A stretch of DNA of 64,000 nucleotides from contig JBPOGI010000002.1 of the NCBI GenBank assembly GCA_051251855.1, forward strand, positions 384,001 to 448,000, given 5' to 3'. A program made the translations under genes and the position numbers. A model generated the notes under the pieces. That model searched no databases. It had not been told where the DNA came from and saw only the letters and a list, made by a program, of their open reading frames with translations. This document shows positions 51,773 to 61,510 of this stretch, in pieces. The stretch is from Roseibacillus sp. (lineage in GTDB: Bacteria > Verrucomicrobiota > Verrucomicrobiia > Verrucomicrobiales > Akkermansiaceae). Each line of letters begins with the position of its first letter. Positions within the stretch are counted from its first letter, which is position 1.

Positions 51773-53515
51773 TCAATCCTGAATGGTGACGCGGTCGCCA
51801 ATCTTGGTTTGGCCCCAGAAATATTGTGCGGTGGAGCGGGGGAGGCGAATGCATCCATGGGAGGCAAAACGAGAGTAGGTGTTGCCTTCGTGAAAGCCGA
51901 TGGCTTTGCAAGAGAAACGCTGGAAGTAGGGCATGGGGGCCGCGTCGTAGATGTTGGACTTCTTGTGGCGGGTCTTGTCGGTGATAACGAAGTTGCCAGT
52001 TTGGGTTCGGAAACCGCGCATGCCGGAGGAGATACGCGAGGTTTTGGCGACTTCACCGTTCTTGTAGTAGGTGACTTTCTGTTCGGAGAGGTCGATCACG
52101 AAATTACGTTCTTGGTCTTCGTCGCGATACGAGACTCCGATGAGAAGCTGCTGCATTTTGACATCTCCATTAGCTGCGGCCATTTGGATGGCATAGACGC
52201 CCTTGGTCGTTCCGGCGAAGCGGTCCATTTCGAGTTCTAGCAGACGTTCGGCTAAGGGGAGGCTACGAAGCATGACGGCGGCCATCAATGGGTTGAGGCC
52301 GGTCTCGTTGCGGCAATACCAATCGAAGAGGCCTTTGCGAGCAAAGAGGTCGCGATATTCCTCGGAGACGGGGCTTTCCATCACGACGGAAAGGTCGGGT
52401 CCGTTACTGTGTTTAAGGAGGGCTAGGGTGGCGGCTTCTTGCTTGCAAGCAAGGGCGACGAAGATGGCGCGTTGACCTTCTTTTCCAAATTGGTTGGGGT
52501 TGGCATCTGCAGAGAGGAGAGAGGTGACGAGGTCTGCTTTTCCATGACGAAGGGCGTGGATGAGCGGGGTGTCTCCGTCGGGGCCGACTTCTTCGACGGG
52601 GGCTCCTTTGGCGAGAAGGTTCTCAATGGCAGCGACGTTGTTGTTATCGATGGCGAGCCAAAGGCAATCATCGACGTTTTTGATGCGGGGAAGGAGTAGT
52701 TCGAGAGTGGGGCGGAAGTCGTTCTTGAGGGCGATTTGGAGGGGTCGCTCGCCTTTGCTGCCGGGCTGCTCGGGGTCAGCACCGGAGATAAGGAGGGTGC
52801 CGATGACGCGCGTGGTAATGGGGATGTCGAGCTTCCAGTTTTGATACTCGTTTAAGAGGGCAACGAGGGCGGGCTCTCCAAAAATGAGGCCTTTGGGGTT
52901 TGCTCCTTTTTCGAGGAGTTGGCAGGCGAGTTCACCCTGACCGTCCTGCAGAGCAAGAGCGAGGGGGCTCTGTCCGTCCAAGGCAGGCGAGTCGGGGTTG
53001 GCGCCATGTTGGAGAAGAAAGGCGACATCGTTGTCTCGCTTTGCCTGATGATAGCCGGGGAGGGCGAGCTCGCCGCTGGGCAGGGTGAAGTCAGGGCTGG
53101 CACCTTCTGCGATGAGTTGGGAGGCGAGCTCGTGAAGGGACCGATCGAGAAGAAGGGAGAGGGGAGTGTTGCCTGCTTGGTCACGGGCATCGAGGTCGTA
53201 GCCTTGCTCGCGTAAGAGCGGGAGCGCGTCGAGGTGACTGCCTGCGATGGTGTGATGAAGGGCGGTGCGGCCGTGGTCGTCGGCTTGTGAGAAATCGACT
53301 TGCGCCCGGGCTAAGGTCTTGAGAACGGGGAGGTTTCCGGCAGCAGCTGCTTGATGAACGCTTACTACGCTGGCAGGGATTTCTTGCTTTTCCAACTCGC
53401 GCAGAGCGACCTGAGGATCGGCAAAAAATCCCTTCTGGTAGAGATATCCGAGGGTGACTCCGCTGCAGAGCAGGAGGACAGTGATAAGGATGAGAAAAGT
53501 CTTTAAAATGCGCAT
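51773..53515 (-). CDS. Ankyrin-repeat protein with C-terminal L,D-transpeptidase (YkuD) domain
   Basis: N-term TM; ankyrin motifs GRTALH, GNTPL, GQSPL, GDTPL; C-term IDLSEQ, MPYFQRF, GFHEG, SHGCIRL. Confidence 0.88.
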   Translation of the reverse strand: MRILKTFLILITVLLLCSGVTLGYLYQKGFFADPQVALRELEKQEIPASVVSVHQAAAAGNLPVLKTLARAQVDFSQADDHGRTALHHTIAGSHLDALPLLREQGYDLDARDQAGNTPLSLLLDRSLHELASQLIAEGASPDFTLPSGELALPGYHQAKRDNDVAFLLQHGANPDSPALDGQSPLALALQDGQGELACQLLEKGANPKGLIFGEPALVALLNEYQNWKLDIPITTRVIGTLLISGADPEQPGSKGERPLQIALKNDFRPTLELLLPRIKNVDDCLWLAIDNNNVAAIENLLAKGAPVEEVGPDGDTPLIHALRHGKADLVTSLLSADANPNQFGKEGQRAIFVALACKQEAATLALLKHSNGPDLSVVMESPVSEEYRDLFARKGLFDWYCRNETGLNPLMAAVMLRSLPLAERLLELEMDRFAGTTKGVYAIQMAAANGDVKMQQLLIGVSYRDEDQERNFVIDLSEQKVTYYKNGEVAKTSRISSGMRGFRTQTGNFVITDKTRHKKSNIYDAAPMPYFQRFSCKAIGFHEGNTYSRFASHGCIRLPRSTAQYFWGQTKIGDRVTIQD

Positions 53516-53643
53516 CGTTGGGTGCGGGAAACGTTATTGGGTGAGGTAAAGATACCTTTTAGGGGTCTAACAGTCACCTTTCTTTCGCCCAAAGAGAAAT
53601 TCCGCATTGGATTTTGGCCTTATTGGGCCCAAAATTCGTCAGA

Positions 53644-54243
53644 ATGTCGGCTCCAGATACTCGGGTTAGCCTCATCATGCGCGTTCGAGACGTGGATGAC
53701 GAGCGCGCATGGAGCGAGTTTGTCTCCCTTTACTCTCCGGTGGTCTATGCTTTTTCGCGGAGCCGAGGGATGAGCGAAGCCGATGCGGAAGACATTACGC
53801 AGGAGGTGTTTCGAGCCTTAGCGAAAGCTTTACCAAAGTTCGAATTAGATAAGTCGATAGGGACTTTTCGAAACTGGCTTTTCACAGTGACGCGCTCGAA
53901 GTTGAACAATCACTTGGTGAAAAGTCGCAAACTACCGATTCCCACTGAAAATCTTCCCGACCGTGGTGACGTGTCAGATTGGGATAATCTTTATATGAAG
54001 GAGCTCTTTCGTCATGCCTGTGAGCAGGTGGAAGAGGCGGTGGAGGCTTCCAGTTGGCAGGTTTTCTGGCGGACAGCGGTCCAGCTGGAGAGTCCCGAGG
54101 CGGTGGCAGCTGCTCTGGGCCTGACGGTAGCCAATGTTTATCAGAAGAAGTCCCGGGTGGCATCGCGTCTCCGAGAGGCGATTCGCTTGGCGGATGAAGA
54201 AGTGCTGTCAGATCCACCCCCTGGGTCCGGTATGCCTCTCTAA
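53644..54243 (+). CDS. ECF sigma-70 factor
   Basis: TRVSLIMRV, AWSEFVSLY, DAEDITQEVF, FRNWLF, VAAALG..VYQKKSRV. Confidence 0.9.
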   Translation: MSAPDTRVSLIMRVRDVDDERAWSEFVSLYSPVVYAFSRSRGMSEADAEDITQEVFRALAKALPKFELDKSIGTFRNWLFTVTRSKLNNHLVKSRKLPIPTENLPDRGDVSDWDNLYMKELFRHACEQVEEAVEASSWQVFWRTAVQLESPEAVAAALGLTVANVYQKKSRVASRLREAIRLADEEVLSDPPPGSGMPL

Positions 54244-54264
54244 CATGAGCAGTGTTTTCCCCAA

Positions 54265-56334
54265 ATGAGTGATCCTTTACGAGATTTAGCCCCCTTTCTC
54301 GAACAGGCGCGCTCGAGTCAAAACGAGTTTACGCCTCCTGATTATCTGACAGTTCGCTTGATGCATTCAAGAGGGAGCGCAATCGAGCCGGCGGTGGCAC
54401 CGTTGCCAGAGGAGTTGGAATTACCGCGTTCGTTTGGGCCCTATATGTTGGAGTCGGTTCTTGGGCGAGGAGGAGCAGGGACGGTATATCAGGCTTACGA
54501 TGCCGAGTTGGAACGCTCAATTGCAGTGAAGGTTTTGTCTTCAGGGCTGATCAATGATCGAGAAGCGGGAGTGAGGTTTTTAAGGGAAGCTAGGGCGATG
54601 GCAAAGCTGAGTGACGATCATCTGATGCCTCTGTTGGCTGTTCATCAGGAGACGCCGGCGCCCTGCTTTACGATGCCTCTGTTGGCGGGGGAGACGTTGC
54701 ATGATCGCATTCGCCGCGAGGGAACTTTATCGTGTGATGAGGCGGTCCGTTTAGCAGAGCAAATTTGTGCGGGGCTGGCGACGGCTCACGAGGCCGATTT
54801 GGTGCATCGAGATCTCAAGCCTTCGAACATTTTTCTTGAGGAGACTGAGGAGGGGCCGCGCGCGCGGCTGATGGACTTTGGTCTCGTGAAGGCGGCAGAA
54901 GATCCGTCGATGACTCGCGAGGGTGAGTTGGCTGGGACGCCTTCGTTCATGGCGCCTGAACAAATCGATGGAGTTAATGTTGATGGGCGCTCGGACCTCT
55001 TCGGTCTTGGGGCGACGATTTTCATGTGCCTGACTGGGCGACCGCCTTTTGAGGGCGAGACTTTGACGGCGACCTTTCGCAAGATCGCGAGCGAGGATGC
55101 GCCTGCTCTTGCCAAAGTGGCTCCCGAAACTCCCGGATGGCTCTCGGGTTTGGTTGCGGAGCTTTTGTCGAAGAAAGTTGAAGAGCGGCCGAGGAGTGCT
55201 CGTTTGGTGATGGACCGGTTGAGGGAGAGAAGGCCGAGTGCCACTGCGACAGGAGGATTAATACAAAGGCGGTGGCTCGTTGGAGCGTTGGCGGCGGCAG
55301 TGATTTTTTCTTTGGTTATTTGGTTCTCGTCAGAATGGTTTCAGAGTCAGGAGCAGAGGGAAGACTTTGACTTTGTGAAGGCTTTAGCTTCTTTGGAGTC
55401 GGGGGATTCATGGAATGTGCCAGCGGGAACCATTTTCTTGGAGAGCCTCGACTTGGAAGGCAAGGACCTGCGTATGGAGGGGTCTGCTGAAGGAACGCGC
55501 CTGGTGTTTGTGAAGCTGGAGGGGCCGGCCATTGTGAATGCTGGGAATCTGGAGTTGGTGAACCTAACGATTGATTGCAGCCGCCTAGGTGAGGGAGAAA
55601 CGGTACCACTGATACAGTCTCAGGGTGAGTTGGTGACGCTGACGAATTGTCGTGTCGAGCAGAAGCAGTCCTCGAGTGAATTTCCAGGAAGCCGAACTCT
55701 GATAGAAGCGGCCGCAGACTCGCGAACGGTGCTGGATGGTTGTGAGCTTTATACCTTTCAGTCTATTATTTGGCGGATGAAGGGGGCTGCTTCCCTACTG
55801 GTGAAGGATTCTTTGGTGGTGTCGCCTGGAATCTCTTTCTCTGCGACGGAGGACGGGAGTCAGGGAGAGGTGGTGCTGAAGGGGTCGACTTGCATTCAAC
55901 AGGTGGTGTTCTCTCACTTCGATTCTTCCGATGACGGAAAATCGATCGATATTGTGGTTGAGGATTCTCTCGTTGAGAGCAACCACGCTTTAATTTGGCT
56001 GCCGCTGGGAGATGAGGAGACTTTGAGGGCTGGTCTCGACTTCCAGGCGGGTAATTCTCTTTTTCTCCTCGATAAAAATCTGCTCAATACCTCCACTCGA
56101 CCTCGAATTATTTCGCGGCGCCAAGGAACGATTGATGCTTGGCACCCTGACCAGTGGTCGGACTATTGGGGCGGGGGCGAAAAGGAAGTGACCTACACAA
56201 AGGGGTCAATATTCGAGCGTGATGGCATCACGGACCGCATGTTGGAGACTTTAAAAGCGAACGACCTTATTGCTGCGCCACGAGGTTTTAAAGATTTGGG
56301 CGTAGACCTCAAATCGGTGGGGCCATCAAAGTGA
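54265..56334 (+). CDS. Membrane-anchored Hanks-type Ser/Thr kinase
   Basis: LGRGGAGTVY, AVK, HRDLKPSN, DFG, GTPSFMAPE; TM segment; extracytoplasmic beta-rich C-term. Confidence 0.92.
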   Translation: MSDPLRDLAPFLEQARSSQNEFTPPDYLTVRLMHSRGSAIEPAVAPLPEELELPRSFGPYMLESVLGRGGAGTVYQAYDAELERSIAVKVLSSGLINDREAGVRFLREARAMAKLSDDHLMPLLAVHQETPAPCFTMPLLAGETLHDRIRREGTLSCDEAVRLAEQICAGLATAHEADLVHRDLKPSNIFLEETEEGPRARLMDFGLVKAAEDPSMTREGELAGTPSFMAPEQIDGVNVDGRSDLFGLGATIFMCLTGRPPFEGETLTATFRKIASEDAPALAKVAPETPGWLSGLVAELLSKKVEERPRSARLVMDRLRERRPSATATGGLIQRRWLVGALAAAVIFSLVIWFSSEWFQSQEQREDFDFVKALASLESGDSWNVPAGTIFLESLDLEGKDLRMEGSAEGTRLVFVKLEGPAIVNAGNLELVNLTIDCSRLGEGETVPLIQSQGELVTLTNCRVEQKQSSSEFPGSRTLIEAAADSRTVLDGCELYTFQSIIWRMKGAASLLVKDSLVVSPGISFSATEDGSQGEVVLKGSTCIQQVVFSHFDSSDDGKSIDIVVEDSLVESNHALIWLPLGDEETLRAGLDFQAGNSLFLLDKNLLNTSTRPRIISRRQGTIDAWHPDQWSDYWGGGEKEVTYTKGSIFERDGITDRMLETLKANDLIAAPRGFKDLGVDLKSVGPSK

Positions 56335-56772
56335 TTCTTGCAAGCCTTCGGCGTAGGCCTTGAAGACGAGAGCGATTTGGTCGCGGATGTTGCGAAAGAC
56401 TACGAGTTGCTCTTCCTCAGTCCCGTTGGCGAGGGCGGGGTCTTCGAAGCCCCAGTGATGGCGGTGGACTTGGCCGGGAAAGAGAGGGCAGGCTTCGGAT
56501 GCATTGCCACACACGGTGATGACGGTGTCGACTCCGTGTTCTAGGAAAGTGTCCCAGCTTTTTGAGGTGTGCGAAGAGAGGTCGATCTCAATCTCTTGCA
56601 TGACCTGGATGGCGAGAGGGTGAACGGAGCCGGAGGGGTGAGAACCTGCGCTGGAAACGGTGGCGAGGTTGCCGAGTTCTTTGCGAAGGAGGCCTTCGGC
56701 CATGTGGCTGCGGCAGGAGTTGCCGGTGCAAAGTATCAGGATATGGCGAAGATGTTTTTCGGGGAGAGTCAT
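56326..56772 (-). CDS. arsC: Thioredoxin-dependent arsenate reductase (LMW-PTP fold)
   Basis: CTGNSCRS, ITVCGNASEACP, HWGFEDP. Confidence 0.88.
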   Translation of the reverse strand: MTLPEKHLRHILILCTGNSCRSHMAEGLLRKELGNLATVSSAGSHPSGSVHPLAIQVMQEIEIDLSSHTSKSWDTFLEHGVDTVITVCGNASEACPLFPGQVHRHHWGFEDPALANGTEEEQLVVFRNIRDQIALVFKAYAEGLQESL

Positions 56773-56903
56773 CGCTTTCGAATTTGCGGAATATTACGCG
56801 TTTTCAAAGGTCAGACTTTGTTCCGATTGGTCATGAAGGATGAGTAGAGTTGACCTAGGAACACGGTGATCCTCACCGTATTCCTATTAGAGTTGGGGAG
56901 AGC

Positions 56904-57050
56904 TTAGTGGGAGCCACAGCTAGTGCAGCCTGCTTTGCCACAAACAGCACAGGAAGCGTCTCCATGAGAGCAATTGGGACCGTGTTGATGCGCGCAAGAA
57001 GAGAGGGCGACGGTGGCGGCAGCGGCGATAGCAATAGCGATGGTTTTCAT
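56904..57050 (-). CDS. 48-aa Cys/His-rich small lipoprotein (not in the ORF track)
   Basis: Manual translation MKTIAIAIAAAATVALSSCAHQHGPNCSHGDASCAVCGKAGCTSCGSH*; lipobox LSS-C; A-rich leader. Confidence 0.75.
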   Translation of the reverse strand: MKTIAIAIAAAATVALSSCAHQHGPNCSHGDASCAVCGKAGCTSCGSH

Positions 57051-57159
57051 AGTTTTCGTTTTTAAAGGCCTGTTTGGCATCTATAGGACGATGGAGGGCG
57101 GAAGGTATTCCCGACAAGTGCGAAAAGGCGCGATTTAGGTTTTGCGGAGGGAGGGGGAG

Positions 57160-58548
57160 ATGGCAGGTTGCGGCGTGAACTTGTTCAGTCATCCTTCATC
57201 CAGTGGCAACGAAGAGAAGCGTGAGGCTTTGCCGGTGTCGCGTCTATTAAGGCGGATGCGCAATTTGTTGGAGATTGAGATTGGCGAAATCTGGGTGGAG
57301 GGTGAGGTCTCGAATTTACGCAAGCAGGGGAGTGGGCATTGGTATTTTTCTCTGAAGGACGAGGGGGGGCAAATTGCGTGTGCGATGTTTGGGGCCAAGC
57401 GTCGGCCGGGGAGCGAGGTGTTAGAGGATGGTGCGAAGGTGAGGGTCTTTGGGGAGGTGACGATATATGAAGCACGCGGAACGGCACAGCTGGTGGTTCG
57501 CGAAGCAGAGGCGGTGGGAGCTGGTGCCTTGCAGGCGCAGTTTGAGGCTTTGAAGAAGAAGTTGGATGAGGAGGGGCTTTTTGCGCAAGGATTGAAGAAG
57601 CCGCTTCCTAAGTTTCCGACAAGGATTGGGATTGTGACTTCGGGCAGCAGTGCGGCTTTGCAGGATATGATCAATGTGCTTTCGCGTCGGGCACCTTGGG
57701 TCACGGTTCATCTCGCTGACGTGATGGTGCAGGGGAAAGGGGCGGAGAAGGGAATTGCGCGGGCGATCGAGAGGATGGGGAACTGGCAGAAGAATGGTCT
57801 CCCCGAATGTGAGGTGGTGATCGTGGGCCGAGGCGGAGGTTCCATGGAGGACCTTTGGAATTTTAACGAAGAGGTGGTCGCACGGGCGATTGCGGCTTGC
57901 CCGATTCCGGTGGTGAGCGCGGTGGGCCACGAGATTGATTTTACGATAGCAGACTTTGTGGCGGATATGCGGGCCCCGACCCCCAGTGCGGCGGCGGAAT
58001 TGGTGGTGCCGGATCAAGCGGAGTTGGTTGCGCGTTTTGCGACTTTGGAAGGGCGGCTGGAGCGTCGAGTATCTGATGGCCTTCAGAGACGAGAGGAGAC
58101 TTTGCGGTTTTTGAAGCGGACAGCGGTAGCGGTCTCGGCGGAGAGTGTGTTACGCGAGCCTATTACGCGCTTGGATGAAGCTGCTGATAGTTTAGAGCGT
58201 GGACTAAAGAGTGGAATGGTGGAGCAGATTTCAAAGGCGCGCGAATTGGCTGTGCGATGGAAGTCGAACCGACCTTCGGCGGTAATGGACCGCAAGAGTG
58301 AACGCTTGGAGTCTTTGAGGGGACGGCAAGAAAAGACAGTGGATAGTCAGCTTAGCAAGAAGGAGTCTTATCTCGAGCGTCTGCAGTCCTTAGTGAAGGC
58401 GTTGGGTCCGGAGTCGGCCTTTGAGCGAGGTTTCTCGATTATGGTGGGTGAGGATGGGAAGGTGATTAAAAATGCCAGCGAAGTGGAGAAGGGGATGCGA
58501 CTGGAGACCATTATGAAGGGGGGAGTGGTCAATAGTGTGGCTGATTAG
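57160..58548 (+). CDS. xseA: Exodeoxyribonuclease VII large subunit
   Basis: WVEGEVSN, SGHWYFSLKD, GRGGGSMEDLW, SAVGHEID, RAPTPSAAAE; start uncertain. Confidence 0.95.
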   Translation: MAGCGVNLFSHPSSSGNEEKREALPVSRLLRRMRNLLEIEIGEIWVEGEVSNLRKQGSGHWYFSLKDEGGQIACAMFGAKRRPGSEVLEDGAKVRVFGEVTIYEARGTAQLVVREAEAVGAGALQAQFEALKKKLDEEGLFAQGLKKPLPKFPTRIGIVTSGSSAALQDMINVLSRRAPWVTVHLADVMVQGKGAEKGIARAIERMGNWQKNGLPECEVVIVGRGGGSMEDLWNFNEEVVARAIAACPIPVVSAVGHEIDFTIADFVADMRAPTPSAAAELVVPDQAELVARFATLEGRLERRVSDGLQRREETLRFLKRTAVAVSAESVLREPITRLDEAADSLERGLKSGMVEQISKARELAVRWKSNRPSAVMDRKSERLESLRGRQEKTVDSQLSKKESYLERLQSLVKALGPESAFERGFSIMVGEDGKVIKNASEVEKGMRLETIMKGGVVNSVAD

Positions 58549-58602
58549 GTGTCTTGGAGTTTAAGAAGGAGAGTGCGGCGAGTGAGGGTGCCCGCGGTCC
58601 TT

Positions 58603-60330
58603 CTAAGGGCGAAGGATGATGGCTTCGATCCAAGAAGAGGTGCCTGGTGACCATCCTGAGACGAGGGTGCCGTTGTTGATTGTTTCTTCGCCAAAGAGCT
58701 CGATGAGTTGTTTGGTGTTGTCGTCGGCGATGGGAATGTCCTTCTTGAGGGTGAGGAGAGGGAGGGTGGATTCGTCATCGATACGCCAACGCTTTTTGAT
58801 GGCGATGGTGAGGGAGTCTTTCTTGGGGGTGAGTTCTTCGAGATTGCGAAAGCTCCAAATGCCTCGTTTTTCTTTGTCTTGGAAGTCGTCAAAGTACCAG
58901 ACCATAGAAGGTTCTTTGTAGCCGCTTGCAGCCATCGGTCCGGAAGGGATTCCGGCTGCTTCGACCAAGCGGAGCGAGAGGTGGGCATGGCGACCGACAG
59001 CGGTAGCAAGGGTGAAGAATAGGATAAAGGCGGCAAAGGAAGAGACGGCGGCAAAGCGGGCGATCTTCTCGTGACGGAGTCGCATGAGGGCTCCGCCGAG
59101 AATGGCGAGTGAGAGCATCACACCGCCGAGGAGAGTGACGAGAAGAGCGAGGTCGAGAGCTTCTTTGCCTCGAGTTGTTTGCGAAAGGCCGATGATGACC
59201 AAGAGGAGTCCGAGGACAGCTGGGACGATGAGGGCGGTATTTCGAACGATGCGACCGAAGCGTTTGAGTTCGGTTTCTTGACGGAAGGTGAGAGCCAACA
59301 GGAGGAAGAAGGCGGGATAGCCGGGAAGGATGTAGTGAGGGAGTTGGGTGGCGTAGAAAGAGAAGACCAGGAAGGGGGCGGCGAGCCAGCCGAGGAGGAA
59401 GTAGCTGTCGAGGGTGCGCGTTTGGAAGGACTTTTTGAGGGTGGCGGGAAGTTGTGCGGTCCAGGGGAGGAGAAAGGGAATGATGATGAGGAAGTAGTAG
59501 AGGCCAGGGAGGAAGAAGCGTTTGTTCATGGCTCCGGTGCCGCGTTCGACGACGTGCTTGCCAATGCCGATGCCGAAGTAGGCGCCCTCGGTATCCTTGA
59601 GGGCAGGGATGCCCCAGATGGCGACTAGGAGGAGGGAAGGAATGAGGGTGATGAGGAAGGCCTTTTCAGCGCGCCAGAGAGTGCGGGTTTGACTCTTGAA
59701 TTCGGTGGTGAGTGCTTCGTCAGCTTTGCGTTTTTTCCACCAAAGGGTGCCGAAGGTGACGAGGAGAGCGGCTTGTGGAATGGCGTAGATGAGAGGGCCT
59801 TTGGCGAGGAAGCCTAAAGCGAGCCAGAGAGTGAGGAGGAGGTAGTTGAGATACGGTTTGCCATGGTCGTGCATCACCTTGTGAAGGGTGATCATGGCGA
59901 GCACGATGAAGAGGATGAGGGGCATGTCCGCGACGGCGAGGCGCGAGTGAATGAGGACTTGGAGAGCGGTAAGCCAACCGGCTCCGGCGAGGAAGGAGGC
60001 CTTACGATCGAGGCCGATTCGTCGGGCAAAGAAGAAGAGCAGGATGGCGATGAGCCAAGAGGCTTGTACAGAATGCATACGGGCTCCGAGCTCGTTGATG
60101 CCAAAGACTTGGAAGTTGGCGCGCATCCACCAATAGGTGAGCGGGGGTTTGTCGAAACGATACTCGTCGTTGAAATAAGGCACGACCCATTCGTCGCGGT
60201 CGATCATCTCCACAGTGGCGTGGGCAAAGCGAGGCTCGTCGCGGTCAACGAGGGGGAGTGACCAAATGCCCGGGATGAGGGCAACGATGGCGAGCAAGGT
60301 GAGACCGAGAGGTGAAAGAAGTTTGTTCAA
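58603..60330 (-). CDS. ArnT-family (GT83/PMT-like) lipid A glycosyltransferase
   Basis: DRDEPRF, RFDKPPLTYW, GFLAKGP, TQLPHYILP; start trimmed to TTG 60330. Confidence 0.85.
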   Translation of the reverse strand: MNKLLSPLGLTLLAIVALIPGIWSLPLVDRDEPRFAHATVEMIDRDEWVVPYFNDEYRFDKPPLTYWWMRANFQVFGINELGARMHSVQASWLIAILLFFFARRIGLDRKASFLAGAGWLTALQVLIHSRLAVADMPLILFIVLAMITLHKVMHDHGKPYLNYLLLTLWLALGFLAKGPLIYAIPQAALLVTFGTLWWKKRKADEALTTEFKSQTRTLWRAEKAFLITLIPSLLLVAIWGIPALKDTEGAYFGIGIGKHVVERGTGAMNKRFFLPGLYYFLIIIPFLLPWTAQLPATLKKSFQTRTLDSYFLLGWLAAPFLVFSFYATQLPHYILPGYPAFFLLLALTFRQETELKRFGRIVRNTALIVPAVLGLLLVIIGLSQTTRGKEALDLALLVTLLGGVMLSLAILGGALMRLRHEKIARFAAVSSFAAFILFFTLATAVGRHAHLSLRLVEAAGIPSGPMAASGYKEPSMVWYFDDFQDKEKRGIWSFRNLEELTPKKDSLTIAIKKRWRIDDESTLPLLTLKKDIPIADDNTKQLIELFGEETINNGTLVSGWSPGTSSWIEAIILRP

Positions 60331-60449
60331 GATGGCTGCGGTGGGCGGTATTTTGAACAGAAGGAGGGGAAGGAAGCAAAGTCGGAACTCGTTTGTTTTT
60401 TTGCCGCGAAGAGGCTCAAAAACCGCAAAATCGGTTCTGGAGCAGGATT

Positions 60450-60848
60450 CTAGGCTGGGGGTTCTTCTTTGTCCTTTCTGGAGGCGGGGCCTGTCTTGAG
60501 ATCGAGAAAGAGGTTGTAGAGGCCGACGAAGGAGGGGAAGAGATTGGCGAGGACGCCCACGGAGTCCGTTTTTCCGAAGGTGAAGTAGCTGAGCAACGAG
60601 ATGGAGCCGAGGACGGACATGATCCAGAAGATACGCGGCATCTTGACCTGCTTGGCCTTTTTGGAGGCGAGGAGCTGTGGAAACCAGCGGCCGGCGAACA
60701 TAAAGACGCCAAAGTAACCAATGATCTTCCAAGGGTATAAGACCACTTCTTGGCCGAAAAATGCTCCTTTGAAAAAGGGGGTATGCATGAAGCCGTTGCC
60801 ATCGGGCACATCAGCCGCCGCTTGGGCAAGAAGGAGAAGGTCGAACAT
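60450..60848 (-). CDS. Lipid A biosynthesis N-terminal (LAB_N) domain membrane protein
   Basis: WKIIGYFG..FAGRWFPQ..S, PRIFWIMSVLG, LLSYF..DSV. Confidence 0.8.
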   Translation of the reverse strand: MFDLLLLAQAAADVPDGNGFMHTPFFKGAFFGQEVVLYPWKIIGYFGVFMFAGRWFPQLLASKKAKQVKMPRIFWIMSVLGSISLLSYFTFGKTDSVGVLANLFPSFVGLYNLFLDLKTGPASRKDKEEPPA

Positions 60849-60921
60849 GCTAAGGATAAAAGCGGAATTAGCCCTCGATGAACACTGGCTTGCTTGTCTG
60901 TATTGAGAGGCGGTAGCTCTG

Positions 60922-61458
60922 CTAAGAGTGTTGCAGAAAGGCGAGAATGGCGGATTCCTCATCTTCAGCTTCGAGCCAAGTCTTGAACTCTAGCACTTTG
61001 GTGAGGGAGTCTTCGCCGATACGATTTTTGAGGTTGTCGATGACGGCTTGAGCGCTGGCTTCTTGGCGGACGCTTCTTTGCCAGGGAAGGGTGAAAATGA
61101 GGTGGAGCTCGTCGTGAAAATTGTGGGATCGGAGCGCTTCCCATTCGCCCTTGTCGAGCCAGATGCCACCGGTGGGGGAACGGTCGATGGTGAAGGTGAA
61201 GCCGTGGCCCACTTGGTAGCGGAGCATGGGGGCCTGGGTTTCGGGGCAAGGGCGGATTCCTGCAGGTTCTTCTTCATTGGGGAGAACGTCGCTTGAAACG
61301 GGAAGTTGAGGGAGGCGACTGGGATTTTTCCCTAACCAGCGCCAGTAGGATGCGGCAGGGATGTAGTGTCCGCCGGACTCAGGGCAGTGGTAGGCGATGA
61401 GGTTGGGCTCGAGATCGCTTTTGACGAGGGCGGTTTTTGGTGAGGTGGGGCTTTTCAT
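60922..61458 (-). CDS. zf-TFIIB-like zinc-ribbon domain protein (degenerate ligands)
   Basis: CPESGG, CPET..MLRY, IDR..GGIWLDKGEW. Confidence 0.6.
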   Translation of the reverse strand: MKSPTSPKTALVKSDLEPNLIAYHCPESGGHYIPAASYWRWLGKNPSRLPQLPVSSDVLPNEEEPAGIRPCPETQAPMLRYQVGHGFTFTIDRSPTGGIWLDKGEWEALRSHNFHDELHLIFTLPWQRSVRQEASAQAVIDNLKNRIGEDSLTKVLEFKTWLEAEDEESAILAFLQHS

Positions 61459-61510
61459 CGACGTGATTACTGGAGTAATTGAGGGAGAAGTTTGGTGGCG
61501 CTTTTGGTGA

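Noticed and set aside
56920..57192. 90-aa minus-strand ORF from the track
   Set aside because: A different frame (56904..57050) gives a far more convincing lipoprotein.
60331..60732. 134-aa N-terminal extension of the ArnT ORF
   Set aside because: It overlaps the LAB_N gene in another frame and reads as junk; ArnT motifs begin after TTG 60330.
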